Source: Mustelus asterias (taxonomy: Eukaryota). Taken from it: a DNA stretch of 64,000 nt. The notes under the pieces were generated by a model. The model searched no databases and was not told where the DNA came from. It worked only from the letters and a program-made list of their open reading frames with translations. Shown piece after piece: positions 22,760 through 34,379 of this stretch (position 1 is the first letter of the stretch; the number at the start of each line of letters is the position of its first letter). Location: NCBI RefSeq assembly GCF_964213995.1, contig NW_027590119.1:2480001-2544000 (forward strand), in the 5' to 3' direction. Position numbers and translations under genes: made by a program.

Positions 22760-23375
22760 TTTCATTTATTAATGTTACATGTATTAACATACAGTGAAAA
22801 GTACTGCGTGTTATACAGACAAAACATACCGTTCATAGGGAAGGAAACAGGAATGTAGTGTTACAGTCAAGTTAGGGTGTCGAGAAAAATAAACTTCATG
22901 CAAGACAAGTCCATTCAAGAGACTGACAGCAGCAGCGAAGAAGCTGTTCTTGAGTTGGTTCGTACGTGACCTCAGACTTTTGTATTATTTTTCCAAAGGA
23001 ACAAGTTGGAAGAGAGAATGTCCGGGGTGCGTGGGGGCCTTTAATTATGCTGGCTGCCTTGCCCAGGCAATGGCAAGTGCAGATAGAGTCAATGGATCGG
23101 AGGCTGGTTTGCGTGATGGATTGGGCTACGTTCACCACCTTTTGTGTTCTTTGGGTCTTGGGCAGAGCAGGAGCCAGACCAATCTGTGAGACAATCAGAA
23201 AGAATGTTTTCTATGGTGCATCTGTAAAAGTTGGTGAGAGTCGTAGCTGACAGGAGAAATTTCCTTCGTTTTCTGAGAAAGTAGAGGCGTTGGTGGGCTT
23301 TCTAAACTATAGTGTCGGCATGATGGGGGGTCAGGACAGGGTGTTGGTGATCTGGACACCTAAGCTATTGACGCT
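22760..23375 (-). mobile_element. Rex1/Babar-type LINE 3' fragment
   Basis: Antisense homolog of 35080-35480 and 35815-36040 (caccatagaaa, CLGKAASIIK, ctcaagaacagcttcttc). Confidence 0.75.
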
Positions 23376-23424
23376 CTAGACCGTTTCATAGTCGAAATGC
23401 AAGTAAATTGATTGGAGACATTTG

Positions 23425-24145
23425 GTATTGCGGGAGAGGGGCCGGGGGGGGGGGGGGGGTGAGTGGTTGCGGGGGGCTGAGGGGTTGCAGGGGGGTGTGC
23501 GGTGTTGCAGGGGGTGTGAGGGGTTGCGGAGGGTGAGGAGTTGTGGGGGGGCAAAGGGCAAGGTGTTGCGGGAGGCAGGGGCGTGGTGTTGCTGGTGGCT
23601 GGAGGGGCGAGGGGTAGCAGGTGTCCACGGGTTGCAGGGGGTTCTTGGGCAAGGGGTTTCGGGGTGGGCAGGGGCGAGCAATTGAAGGATTGCGGGAGAG
23701 GAGTTGTGGGGTGGGGGAGGTGAGGAGTTGCAGACAGAACGGGTGAGGGAAGGGGCGAATTTTGCGTGGGGAATATGCGAAGAGTTGAGGGGGTGAGGGG
23801 TTGCGAGGGGAGCGGGCGTGCTGCTGAGGGGGTAAGGAGGGGAGAGGTTGCGGGGTGGGAGGGGGCGAGGGGTTGCAGGTGGAGGAGTTGAGAAGTTGAG
23901 GGGGTGAGTGGTTGCGGGGTGTAGGGCACGAGGGGTTGGAGTTGTGAGCGGTTGCTGTGGGCGAGGGATTGCATGTGCCAAGGGGTTTGGGTGTCGGGGG
24001 CCAGGTATTGTAGGGTGAGGCGGTCAGCACTTGCGGGAAGGAGGGGTCGGGGGTTGTGGTGGGAGGGGATGAGGAGTTGCGGGGTGAGGTGCGGTGTGAG
24101 GGGTCATTAGGAGACGAGGGGGGGGGGAGGGGGGGGACAGGGCGA
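23425..24145. repeat. G-rich low-complexity minisatellite (gggtgaggggttgcg-like units)
   Basis: Dense G3-G17 runs with recurring ggttgc motifs. Confidence 0.85.
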
Positions 24146-24407
24146 GGTCCCACATTGATGGGTTCTGGAAACTCCCTTTACAAGGGCTTAGAAGGAGGCA
24201 TCCGCACACTCAAATCTCAAAACAAGAATGACGTTTTTCTTTTAAATTAGGCACAGGAACTGGTCTGCATCGAACGTACTGTCTGTCTCCATCTGAACTA
24301 AACCCCTCTCGCTTCCGGGGACCATATCCCTCTATTCCCATCCTATTCATGTATTTGTCAAGACATCCCTTAAAACTCACTATCGTATCTGCTTCCACTA
24401 CCTCTCT

Positions 24408-27400
24408 GTATACAAAAAACGGGTGGAACTTGAATCACAGGGGGACCAATATCCTGGCCGGTAGGTTGGCTAAGGCTACTGGGGAGAATTTAAACTAGAT
24501 AGGTTGGGGGGAGGGGAGCTAGACGAGTTGACTAGGATCAAGGAACTAATTGATGGGGGGGAGGATGCAGGGGTAAGGGGAATTACAAAATTAATGGTAG
24601 AGGAGAGGGTGCAAGTGAATGAAGGCGGTAATTTAGATAAGGGAGTAGAGGGAGAGGGTGTTCGCGACTCATCAAAGCGGGTCCAGATAAAAGCTGGAAT
24701 AAGGACACTTTGCCTGAATGCACGAAGCATTCGGAACAAGGTAAATGAGTTGATGGTGCTAATCAGCACAAGTGGGTACGATCTAGTGGCCATTACAGAA
24801 ACGTGTCTGAAAGGTGACCAGGACTGGGAGATGAATATCCAGGGGTATCAGGCGTTTAGGAAGAATAGACAGGAAGGAAAAGATGGTGGGGTCGCGCTAT
24901 TAATAAGAGATAATATCAGGGTAGTACTGAGGGATGACATAGGCTCTGAGGAACAAAACGTGGAATCATTATGGGTAGAGATGAGGAATAGTAGAGGGAG
25001 AAAGACACTAGTAGGTGTGGTATAAACGCCCCCAAATAATAATGTTGAGGTAGGGAGGGCTATAAACAAGCAGATAAGGGATGTGTGTAAAAACGGAACG
25101 GCAATAATCATGGGGGACTTCAACATGCACATTGACTGGCAGACTCAAGTCGGTAAGGGTGGAATGGAGGAAGAGTTCTTAGAATGCTGTCGGGATAGTT
25201 TCCTTGAACAGCATGTTACGGAACCGACGAGGGAACGAGCTATTTTGGATCTGGTATTGTGTAACGAGGTAGGTAGAATTAAGGATCTTATTGTGAAGGA
25301 CTCTCTTGGGTCTAGTGACCACAATATGGTCGAATTTCTGATTCAGATGGAAGAGGAGAAAGTTTGGTCCCAAACCAGTGTTCTCTGTTTGAACAGAGGG
25401 AAATATGATAGGATGAGGGATGAATTGGCTAAGGTAGACTGGGAGAGCAGGCTGGCAGGTAGGATAGCTGAGGAACAGTGGAGGATTTTTAAGGAGATCC
25501 TTTTCAGTTCTCAGCAAAAATATATTCCAGCAAAAAACAAGGATTGTAAGAAAAGGGAGAACCAGCCGTGGATAACGAAGGAAATAAAGGAGAGTATTAA
25601 AATAAAAACAGCTGCGTACAGAGTGGCCAAAAATAGTGGAGAAACAAGTGATTGGGAAAAATTTAAGAAACAACAAAGAGAGACTAAGAAAGCGATAAAG
25701 AAAGGAAGGATAGACTATGAAGCTAGGCTAGCAATTAATATAAAAAATGATAGTAAAAGTTTTTATAAATATATAAAAAGGAATAGAGTGGCCAGAGTGA
25801 ATGTTGGACCCTTGGAGGACGAGAGGGGGGAGTCACTAGTGGGAAATGAGGATATGGCTGAGTCTTTAAATAAGTTTTTTGTGTCGGTCTTCACGGTGGA
25901 GGACACAAATAGTTTGCCAAATATTAACGATAGAGGGTTGGCAGCAGGAGAAATACTTAATACAATTAATGTTACCAGAGAGGCAGTGCTGGGTAGACTA
26001 ATGGGACTGAAGGTGGACAAGTCCCCGGGTCCGGATGGAATGCATCCCAGGGTATTGAAAGAAGTGTCAGAGGTAATAGTGGATGTGTTAGTGATTATTT
26101 ATCAAAACTCGTTGCATTCTGGGGTAGTGCCGGTTGATTGGAAAACGGCTAATGTTACGCCGCTGTTTAAAAAAGGAAGGAGATAAAAGGCGGGTAACTA
26201 TAGGCCGGTCAGCTTAACGTCTGTAGTAGGGAAAATGCTGGAATCCATTATTAAAGAGGAGATAGCAGGGCATCTGGATAGAAATGGTTCGATCAATCAG
26301 ACGCAGCATGGATTCATGAGGGGAAAGTCGTGCTTGACGAACATGTTGGATTTTTATGAAGATGTGACTAGGGCGGTTGATGGAGGAGAACCAGTGGATG
26401 CGGTGTTTTTGGATTTCCAAAAGGCATTTGATAAGGTGCCCCATAAAAGGCTGCTGAAGAAGATTAGGGCACACGGAGTTGGGGGTAGTGTGTTAAAGTG
26501 GATTGGGGACTGGCTATCCGACAGGAAGCAAAGAGTCGGAATAAATGGGTGTTTTTCCGGTTGGAGGAAGGTAACTAGTGGCGTGCCGCAGGGATCGGTA
26601 CTCGGGCCGCAACTGTTTACCATTTATATAGATGATCTGGAGGAGGGGACGGAGTGTAGGGTAACGAAGTTTGCAGACGACACAAAGATAAGTGGAAAAG
26701 TGAATCGTGTGGAGGACGGAGAAGATCTGCAGAGAGATTTGGACAGGCTGAGTGAGTGGGCGAGGATATGGCAAATGGAGTATAACGTTGATAAATGCGA
26801 GGTTATACACTTTGGAGGAAATAATAACAAATGGGATTACTATCTCAATGGAAACAAATTAAATCATGCTACCGTGCAAAGGGACCTGGGGGTCCTTGTG
26901 CATGAGACGCAAAAGCCCAGCCTGCAGGAACAACAGGTGATCAAGAAGGCAAATGGGATGTTGGCCTATATCGCGAGGGGGATAGAATATAAAAGCAGGG
27001 ATGTCTTCATGCACCTGTACAGGGCATTGGTGAGGCCGCAGCTGGAATACTGTGTGCAGTATTGGTCCCCTTATATGAGGAAGGATATATTGGCATTGGA
27101 GGGAGTGCAGAGAAGGTTCACCAGGTTGATACCGGAGATGAGGGGTTTGGATTATGAGGAGAGGCTGAGGAGATTGGGTTTGTACTCGTTGGAGTTTAGA
27201 AGGATGAGGGGGGATCTTATGGAGACTTATAAGATAATGCGGGGGCTGGATAGGGTGGAGGCAGAGAGATTCTTTCCACTTAGTAAGGAAGTTAAAACTA
27301 GAGGACACAGCCTCAAAATAAAGGGGGGTCGGTTTAAGACAGAGTTGAGGAGGAACTTCTTCTCCCAGAGGGTGGTGAATCTCTGGAATTCTCTGCCCAC

Positions 27401-27621
27401 TGAGGTGGTGGAGGCTACCTCGCTGAATATGTTTAAAGCGCGGATGGATGGATTCCTGATCGGTAAGGGAATTAAGGGTTATGGGGATCAGGCGGGTAAG
27501 TGGTACTGATCCACGTCAGATCAGCCATGATCTTATTGAATGGCGGGGCAGGCTCGAGGGGCTAGATGGCCTACTCTTGCTCCTATTTCTTATGTTCTTA
27601 TGTTCTTATGTTCTTATGTTC
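24408..27621 (+). mobile_element. Near full-length young CR1 LINE: ORF1 C-terminus plus complete ORF2 (APE endonuclease + RT) with two nonsense codons
   Basis: ORFs 24504-25025, 25083-26186 and 26235-27509 share one frame, broken only by TAA at 25023 and 26184; [36 protein letters not shown]; upstream LNHRGTNILAGR-like ORF1 esterase tail; (TATGTTCT)n tail. Confidence 0.95.
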
Positions 27622-27673
27622 TCTCCCAGCAGCAAGTTTCAGGCACCCACCACCCTCTATGTAAAATACTTGC

Positions 27674-28240
27674 TGTGGAAATGCCGGCGTTGGACTGGGG
27701 TAAACACAGTATGGAGTCTGACAACACCAGGTTAAAGTCCAACAGGTTTATTTGGTAGCAAACGCCACTAGCTTTCGGAGCGCTGCTCCTTCGTCAGATG
27801 GAGTGAAAATCTGCTCTCAAACAGGGCACAGAGACACAAAATCAAGTTACAGAATACTGATTAGAATGCGAATTTCTACAGCCAACCAGGTCTTAAAGAT
27901 ACAGACAATGTGAGTGGAGGGAGCATTAAACACAGGTTAATGAGATGTGTATTGTCTCCAGACAGGACTACTGTCTCCTGTCTCCTGTCTGGAGACAATT
28001 CACATCTCCTTAACCTGTGCTTAATGCTCCCTCCACTCACATTGCCTGTATCTTTCAGACCTGGTTGGCTGTAGAAATTCGCATTCTAATCAGTATTCTG
28101 TAACTTGATTTTGTGTCTCTGTGCCCTGTTTGAGAGCAGAATTCCACTCCATCTGACGAAGGAGCAGTGGCTCCGAAAGCTAGTGGCGTTTGCTACCACA
28201 TAAACCTGTTGGACTTTAACCTGGTGTTAGACCCCTTACG
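27674..28240. mobile_element. Penelope-like fold-back element (~245-bp inverted arms)
   Basis: 27723-27967 is the near-perfect reverse complement of 27983-28228; exact 13-bp TSD gtaaaatacttgc at 27661-27673 and 28241-28253. Confidence 0.9.
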
Positions 28241-28289
28241 GTAAAATACTTGCCTCATACTTCTGCTTTCCCGGTGTGCTGGGAATTTA

Positions 28290-29620
28290 TTTTTCAGGTA
28301 CGGCTTGGAGCTTCATGGCTTGTAGATGATTGAAGCATTCCCATAGGATGGTATCTCCCAAGCAGACGTGATAGGAAACTGGCTCTGTTCCAGACTCGAA
28401 CGGGCCTCATAACCACGCGGATCCATTGCCATGATTTTTTACTCATAACCTATCACCTGCCTTTAAGTGCCTCTCCCGGCTGGTGGGATCGGCACTGGGT
28501 GTCTTGATACCTTGCCAACCTCCCGCCCTCGGGAAGATCAGACTCAACCTTGGGTGGAGTCATCTTCCCATGAGCATCTCTGCTGGGCCTGTTCCGGTCG
28601 TTGAAGGGAATGACGGGGGGGCGGGGGGGGGCGGGGGAGGTGTCATCTTGTAATTGAAGAGGAATCTGGATGGTTTGGTGTCCAAGGAGGCTGTGGCCTC
28701 GTTTTTTGAACATGTTTTTACTGTTTGGACTGCACTTTCTGCCAGGCCATTGGATGATGGGTAATATGGCACTGTCCGAACGTGTCAAATTTTGTTCAAC
28801 GTCATCTAATGCACAAATTCCTTGCTGATGAAGTGTGGTCCATTTTCATAAACAAACACCTGCCGGATCCCGGATGTCAAGAAAGAGGCGTGAAGTTTCT
28901 CCAATCATGTCCTTGTGTTTGATTAACTCACCCTGTTTACGGCCATCCATTTTGAATCAGCGTCTACTATTATGAGGAACATCGACCCCATGAGCAAACC
29001 GGCACTGTCCATGTGCAGCCACATCTGTGGACATCCTGGCCATTCCCAAGTGTGAAGAGTAGTAACTGGTGATTGTTCTGCCCTTGATGATATTGCCAAC
29101 ACTGACCTACGAGCAAGTATCTGTGTCCATGCCTGGCCACCAGACATGGCAACTTGGAGGATCTTCAGGTGGCCACTCCTGGGTGGCCATGGTAAAGTTC
29201 AGCCAGGATGTCATGGTGAACCTGGCTCAGGATAACACTCTTGAACCCCATAGGAGTGTGCCATCTCCCACAGTCAGCTGTTCTCTGCCACTCCAATATG
29301 GGTGCAATTCAGGCTTCAACGGCCTTTTAGATTCCCTCATCAGCAGTAGCTGCTTCAATTCATTCAGGAATGGGTAATCTTGCCTCCACCGCCGAATATT
29401 ATCGGCAGCCAATGAGGGAGGTTTGAAAACGTTCGTGATTACCGTCTCTTCCATTGTGAGTACGACAAGTGTCTGTTCATCGTAGCCAACTCAAGGCATC
29501 TGCCTTAACGACTCAGCCTCCTTGAGGGTGCTCCAATCGATAATGGTAGGCAGACAGTTATAAAGCACACAGCTGGATATGGGCCGATGTTATGGGCTAC
29601 ACCGCTGTAAGTTTTAGGGC
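28290..29620 (-). mobile_element. Degenerate Gypsy LTR-retrotransposon pol (RNase H end and integrase)
   Basis: Fragments PYYPSSNGLAESAVQTVK, LHTWEWPGCPQMWLHMDSAG...FLIIVDADSKW and ELHPYW...LTVGDGTLLWGSRV; a related KKFQKYLHG piece at ~30785-30830. Confidence 0.85.
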
Positions 29621-29670
29621 AAATCCTCCATGATTATAAAACCCAGGGATAAGGAAAATGGCCGACTGGC

Positions 29671-30392
29671 TGTCAGGAACCTTTACAGCCACATGAATAT
29701 GCAAGAGGCTGGGAATAACGAGAAGGTCGAGACAGGGATAATCTAATCAACAGGAAACAAAGGAGAAACCATGACCAGAAGACAAGGAGTAAATAGCCCA
29801 GCAGCAAGACAATGAGAACAGAGATCATTCCATCCACAGACAACATCAATGACTCAGCTCGCTGATGGGATTCCAATCAGGATGACTCAGAGAACATTTA
29901 AAATACATTAAAATGTCAATTAAGGGCGGTCCCGACAGTTCCGGCCCTTTTGTCCCAGTCAATCGAAACTATCAATGATCAGAAACTGTTTTTGTGTGAG
30001 AGAATCACTGGTTCAGGTTTTAAAAAGGGACAAGCAAGCTCTGGCCTCCCTCCTCTCTCCACTCCTCTCTCTTCTCCTGTTCCTGGCTGCCTCTCGTTCA
30101 TCTCCAGCACGCAGCCTGAAGCCCACTGAGCAATTTAAACTCGAATTGTGAGTACCCTCCGTTAATTCGCGAAGTTCCCGAGATCATCATAGTGGATGAG
30201 GCTTTGGGGAAAGGAGGGGGGGGGGGGCTTTTTGCATGCACTTTTCATAGTTTAAGACACTGGTATACTTGTGTAAAGTAAGCATTCTCATTGTGTCCGT
30301 TTTAGTATTCCTTCCATAGCTATCGTCTTATAGAGCATAAGGCATTGTGTGTTGTTTTCCTGGTGTTTGGTGATCTTGACCTTGATGTTTTA

Positions 30393-30440
<48 letters not shown>

Positions 30441-30526
30441 TTGACTTCCACTGGAGTCCGTTTTGATCTTTTCAATTTCTCACCAATGATCTCTGACCAA
30501 GTCACAATATTAAATATCCCTGACCA
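29671..30526 (+). mobile_element. Putative solo LTR inserted in the Gypsy remnant
   Basis: Starts TGTCAGG, ends CCTGACCA; TATA-like TTTAAAAA followed by a CT-rich tract; AATAAA at 30392; no TSD confirmed. Confidence 0.35.
30397..30438. repeat. (AT)n microsatellite
   Basis: About 21 AT units. Confidence 0.98.
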
Positions 30527-30831
30527 TAATTCCGGAGTCTAGAACTGATGGTACTCTGGGCGCTTCGAAACCGCTCACTCAGGAAAGGCTGCCAGGTAGT
30601 GGATAGGCAGCAGTTTCCTTTTCTCTCTCTTGGGAGCGCTACTCTAGTGAAGTAGGCGCAAGGTGGCCGTTGTTCCATCGGCGAGAGAGAGAATCACTTG
30701 GGCATTGGTGAGGTTTGGGTAACGGAGAACCAAACCTGAGATAAGCCTACGAGTGGAGTGAAAAAGAGGGATCCCGCTACACCGCCATGCAGGTACTTCT
30801 GGAATTTCTTTGCCCGAAATGTTACCATTGA

Positions 30832-31125
30832 CGAGGTGTCACAGTGACGCACTGCTGTCTCATAACGCCAGACACCTGGGTTCAATTCCTGATTTGGCTC
30901 ATTGTCTGTGCGGAGTCTGCACATTCTCACCGTATCTGCATGGCTTTCCTCTGGTTTCTCTGGTTTCCTCCCACAATCTGAAAGACATGCTGGTTCGGTG
31001 CGTTGGCCATGCTAAATTCTCCCTCACTGTACCCGGGCAGGCACCAGTGTGTGGTGACTCGCCGATTTTCACTGGAACTTCATTGCAATGTTAATATAAC
31101 CCTCCATTTGACACTTTATAAATGT
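30832..31125 (+). mobile_element. V-SINE (HE1-like) tRNA-derived SINE
   Basis: A/B-box head (gggttcaattcc) and V-domain tgtctgtgcggagtctgcacattctc...ggtttcctcccaca. Confidence 0.8.
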
Positions 31126-31339
31126 TAAACTCCCTCTGAGTATGAATTGTTGAATATCGCTGGGAATCCTGATCTAGCTTTTCGTGTATGTGCACGTGAA
31201 TAAGTTCATCATCCGAAACAAGAATCCGCCTGCCAGCTTTGAGTTTCGGTCCTCCATCCAAGGGATTGGGTCTTTATCCAGCTGCGAGAAACAGTTTACC
31301 GTTTGTTTAAAATTTCCCAGTACGAAATATTTTTATTCA

Positions 31340-31680
31340 CTCTTGGGACTTGGGTGTCGCTGGCTGGCCAGCATTTATTGCCCATTCTTAGTTGCCCTTG
31401 TTCAGATGGCAATTAAGTGTCAATCACATTGCTGTGACCCAGGAGTCACGTTTAGTCCTGACCACGTAAGAACGACAGGTTTCCTTCCCTGGGACATGAG
31501 TGAACCAGATGGGTTTTTCAGAAAATCGACAATGGTTTTATGGTCACCAGCAGATTCTGAATTCCAAATATATTTATTCAAATTCCACCATCTCCCGTGA
31601 CGGGATTGGAACCCGGGTGCCAGAACATTAGCTCAGTTTCCTAATTAATAGTCCAGTGATAAAACCACCAGTCCATCAAA
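31340..31680 (-). mobile_element. Deu-domain/SacSINE1-like SINE
   Basis: Antisense of the 17378-17700 family (gtgaaccagatggg, caaattccaccatct). Confidence 0.6.
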
Positions 31681-31839
31681 TCCACACCCTGAGTGTACAC
31701 ACCCTGAGTTCCAGTCACCTAGACACACCATATTGTATACGTCTGCAGGGCTCCCGGATTGGACAGAATTAACTGCCTCAATCAGGGAGCTCATATTCCA
31801 ATACCTCCACTTGATGGTTATTGTTAAAGTCATGAAGTA

Positions 31840-32540
31840 TGTCTCTTCCTGTCTCTTGGTCTTTCTGTGCATCCCTCTCTCTGTATCCCTCTCTCTCTCT
31901 GTCTCTCTCTCGGCCTGTTTCTTTTTTCTCTTACTGTCTCTCTGCATCTCCCTCAGTCACCTTCTCTCTGCACTCTTCCTCTGTGTCTCCTCCCCCCTCT
32001 CAGTCTCACTCTCCTTCTCCCTCTCCTTCTCTGTCCCCCTTTTCTTATTTCTCTGCCTTTCTATCTCTCTCTACCTCGCTCTGACTTTTGCTCTTGCGGT
32101 GTCCATTCTACTCATTCAGTCTCACTGTTTCAAATTCACTGACGCTCTCTGTCTCTGTATCTGTTTCTCTCTGCCTCCCGTTCTGTCTCCCTTTCCGTCT
32201 TGTCTCCCTCTCTCATTACATTCTTCCATCTGTACCCCTCTGTCTCCCTTCCTCATTCCCTGTCCATTTCCCTCCCCATTTTCCCCAGTCTCTATCCCTG
32301 TTTTTTTCGCTCTGTGAGAGTCCCAATCTGTCTCTGTCCTCTCTCTCTGTCTCACTCTCGCTCTCGCACTCTCTGTTTCTTTCCCTGTATCTGTTAGGAA
32401 CTCTTTCAAAATCTGTCACACTCCTTGTATTTCTGCCATTCCCTCTCTCTGTCAATCCCTGTCTCCATCACTCTCACTGTTGCTCTCACTATCTCTTTCT
32501 ATCTGTCACCCTTTCTGTCTCTGTGAGTCCCTTTTGTTAT
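31840..32540. repeat. CT-rich low-complexity tract downstream of the GPCR stop
   Basis: Degenerate (CT)n/(CTGT)n. Confidence 0.9.
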
Positions 32541-32596
32541 TTACAGTTTGAATGTCGAGTGGGAAGAGTCAGGGGTCTTGTGGTTGCTGGTTCCTC

Positions 32597-33498
32597 TCAG
32601 GGTTTAATGAGTTGAAGAATTGCAGTCAGGGGATATTTCAGCAAATTTTTCAGCTGCTGTCTGAAGTGACTCTGTGTCACAGCATAAATTGCAGTGTTTG
32701 TACAGCAACTTGTGAGTTGCAGCATGAAGCCCAATTCCAGAACGAAATAATCTAACTTTACCGATTGATAGCCCGAATTATACAGCCGATTCAATATAGA
32801 ATAAAACATTAATGTCGACCATAAGAGGATGAAATTGGCTGAGATAACAAACAGTAAAATGATGGATTTCCTGCGACTCTCCATCTCTGGGTCTCTGGGA
32901 TCCTCCCCACTGCTGTGAGGCCGGAGTCTCCTGCGGGCTCTGCTGCTCACTAAAATGTGTCTGACGGTGAAAGCATTGAGCAGCAGAATAAGGACGAATG
33001 GGACACACGGGGTTAGGATGTGGTGGAGGAACTCGATTGTTACCCAGACCAGAGATTCCACAACATCCCCTGTGACATCACAAAACCAGGGGGCGTTCAC
33101 CAGCCGATATCCATTTAAAAACGTAAAATACCAGAAAATGTTTTTTAAACAGCTTAGCAGCGTCACTGTTGCCAGAACCACAGCCGCCGATTTCTCACTG
33201 CAATATTTACTTTTCAGCTTGGGGCAGCAAATGGCCACAAATCGATCAAAGGTGAAAGTGACGGTGAACCAGACAGAACAGTCAGTGGCTGCATAAAGCA
33301 GGATGGCGTGGATGTTACACACGGGGACCGACATCAGGAAATAAAACTGTTCCCAATAAACAATGGGAATGTGTCTCAATATCAGGTCGAGGATAACGAC
33401 CAGCAGATCCCCCACAGACATGGCCACCAGGTAACGTGTGACACATTGGGACAGACCACAATTTCTGCTCGTCAGAGTCACAACTGTGATTATGTTCA
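32597..33498 (-). CDS. Class A orphan GPCR, GPR139/GPR142-like, exon 2 (end of TM1 to TM7 and stop)
   Basis: Acceptor ttccttcctgacag then (G)TG AAC; YLVAMSVGDLL (TM2), TFDRFVAIC (DRY-type), TPCVPF (TM5), SCCTNTAIY (NPxxY-type), helix 8 SHFRQQL; open to TGA at 32597-32599. Confidence 0.93.
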
Positions 33499-33624
33499 CT
33501 GTCAGGAAGGAAATAAAGAATAAAATTAGATATGATTCAGGGGAAGAGGTTACCATTTTGAATGCGGATGGAATAAAAAAAAATTTGCACACACACCGAA
33601 TCGCTTAAATCTCTTTTTATGATA

Positions 33625-33780
33625 CTTTTGGATTGTGAGAGGAAAGAGGAGCATCAGAAGGAAACCCACAGAGACACGGGGAGAAGGTCCAAACTCAACA
33701 CAGACAGTGACCCAAGCCTGAAATTGAACGCAGGTCCCTGATGCTGTGAGTCAGCAGTGTTAACCACTATGCCACCATGC
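33625..33780 (-). mobile_element. V-SINE fragment
   Basis: ggaaacccacagagacacggggaga...cagacagtgacccaagcc...cagcagtgttaaccactatgccacc. Confidence 0.8.
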
Positions 33781-34379
33781 TGCTCCATGGTAGCGACACA
33801 ATGGTATACATTTGGGAGAGAGCTTTCCGGAGAGTCCACAACATTGACCCTCACTCAGCTACAGGTAAATAGCCCCTCTATCTTGTGGGGGATTTGGAGA
33901 GTATGAAGGATGAGGGAGTAAAACCTGACAGAAAACCCGGAGTGCAGTCCTGTAGGTGATAATCCGTCGTCTTCCAAAAAGCTTACTGACATCCCTTGCA
34001 GCAGAGCTGGTACCAAACAGTGCTGGTTTCACCCTTTCCTCTGGCCAATACTAACAGTTGGCAGAGTAAGATCCTGATGCCTCAAAAGTTCCGACTCTAT
34101 TATACTTACACAGAACTGTACCCTGGAGAGGAGACCACAACATTGTGGACACCACTTGCACAACACAGGAAGAAACAGTAATCTCACACTCGATTGGCAC
34201 AGAGCTCAAGTAGCAGCGTTTGCTTTCAACAGTGGGAGAAAGCTTCAGGTTTCAGTGAATAGCTACCGTCCTTAAAGCCCAGTGCATTTGCTGTTATCCC
34301 ACTCTGGCCTACTGGACCACTGAAGCTTAGTGAGTCCTCTCTCAGGAGGAAAGTCGCTAATCTATGCACCAGGTAAGAA

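Noticed and set aside
23360-24153. Proline-rich extensin-like ORFs of 200-255 aa
   Set aside because: Antisense reading of the G-rich minisatellite, open in all three frames because of composition.
30832-30900. tRNA-like A/B boxes here and at ~33730, 36340, 38300 and 56150
   Set aside because: These are SINE heads followed by the V-domain core, not tRNA genes.
31733-32615. Hydrophobic Leu/Ser-rich ORFs that look like membrane proteins
   Set aside because: Translation of (CT)n low-complexity sequence.
33499-33592. N-terminus of the 331-aa ORF (MCKFFFIPSAF...) as the GPCR start
   Set aside because: It is the intron's polypyrimidine tract read through; TM1 is completed only by exon 1 at 56913-57156.
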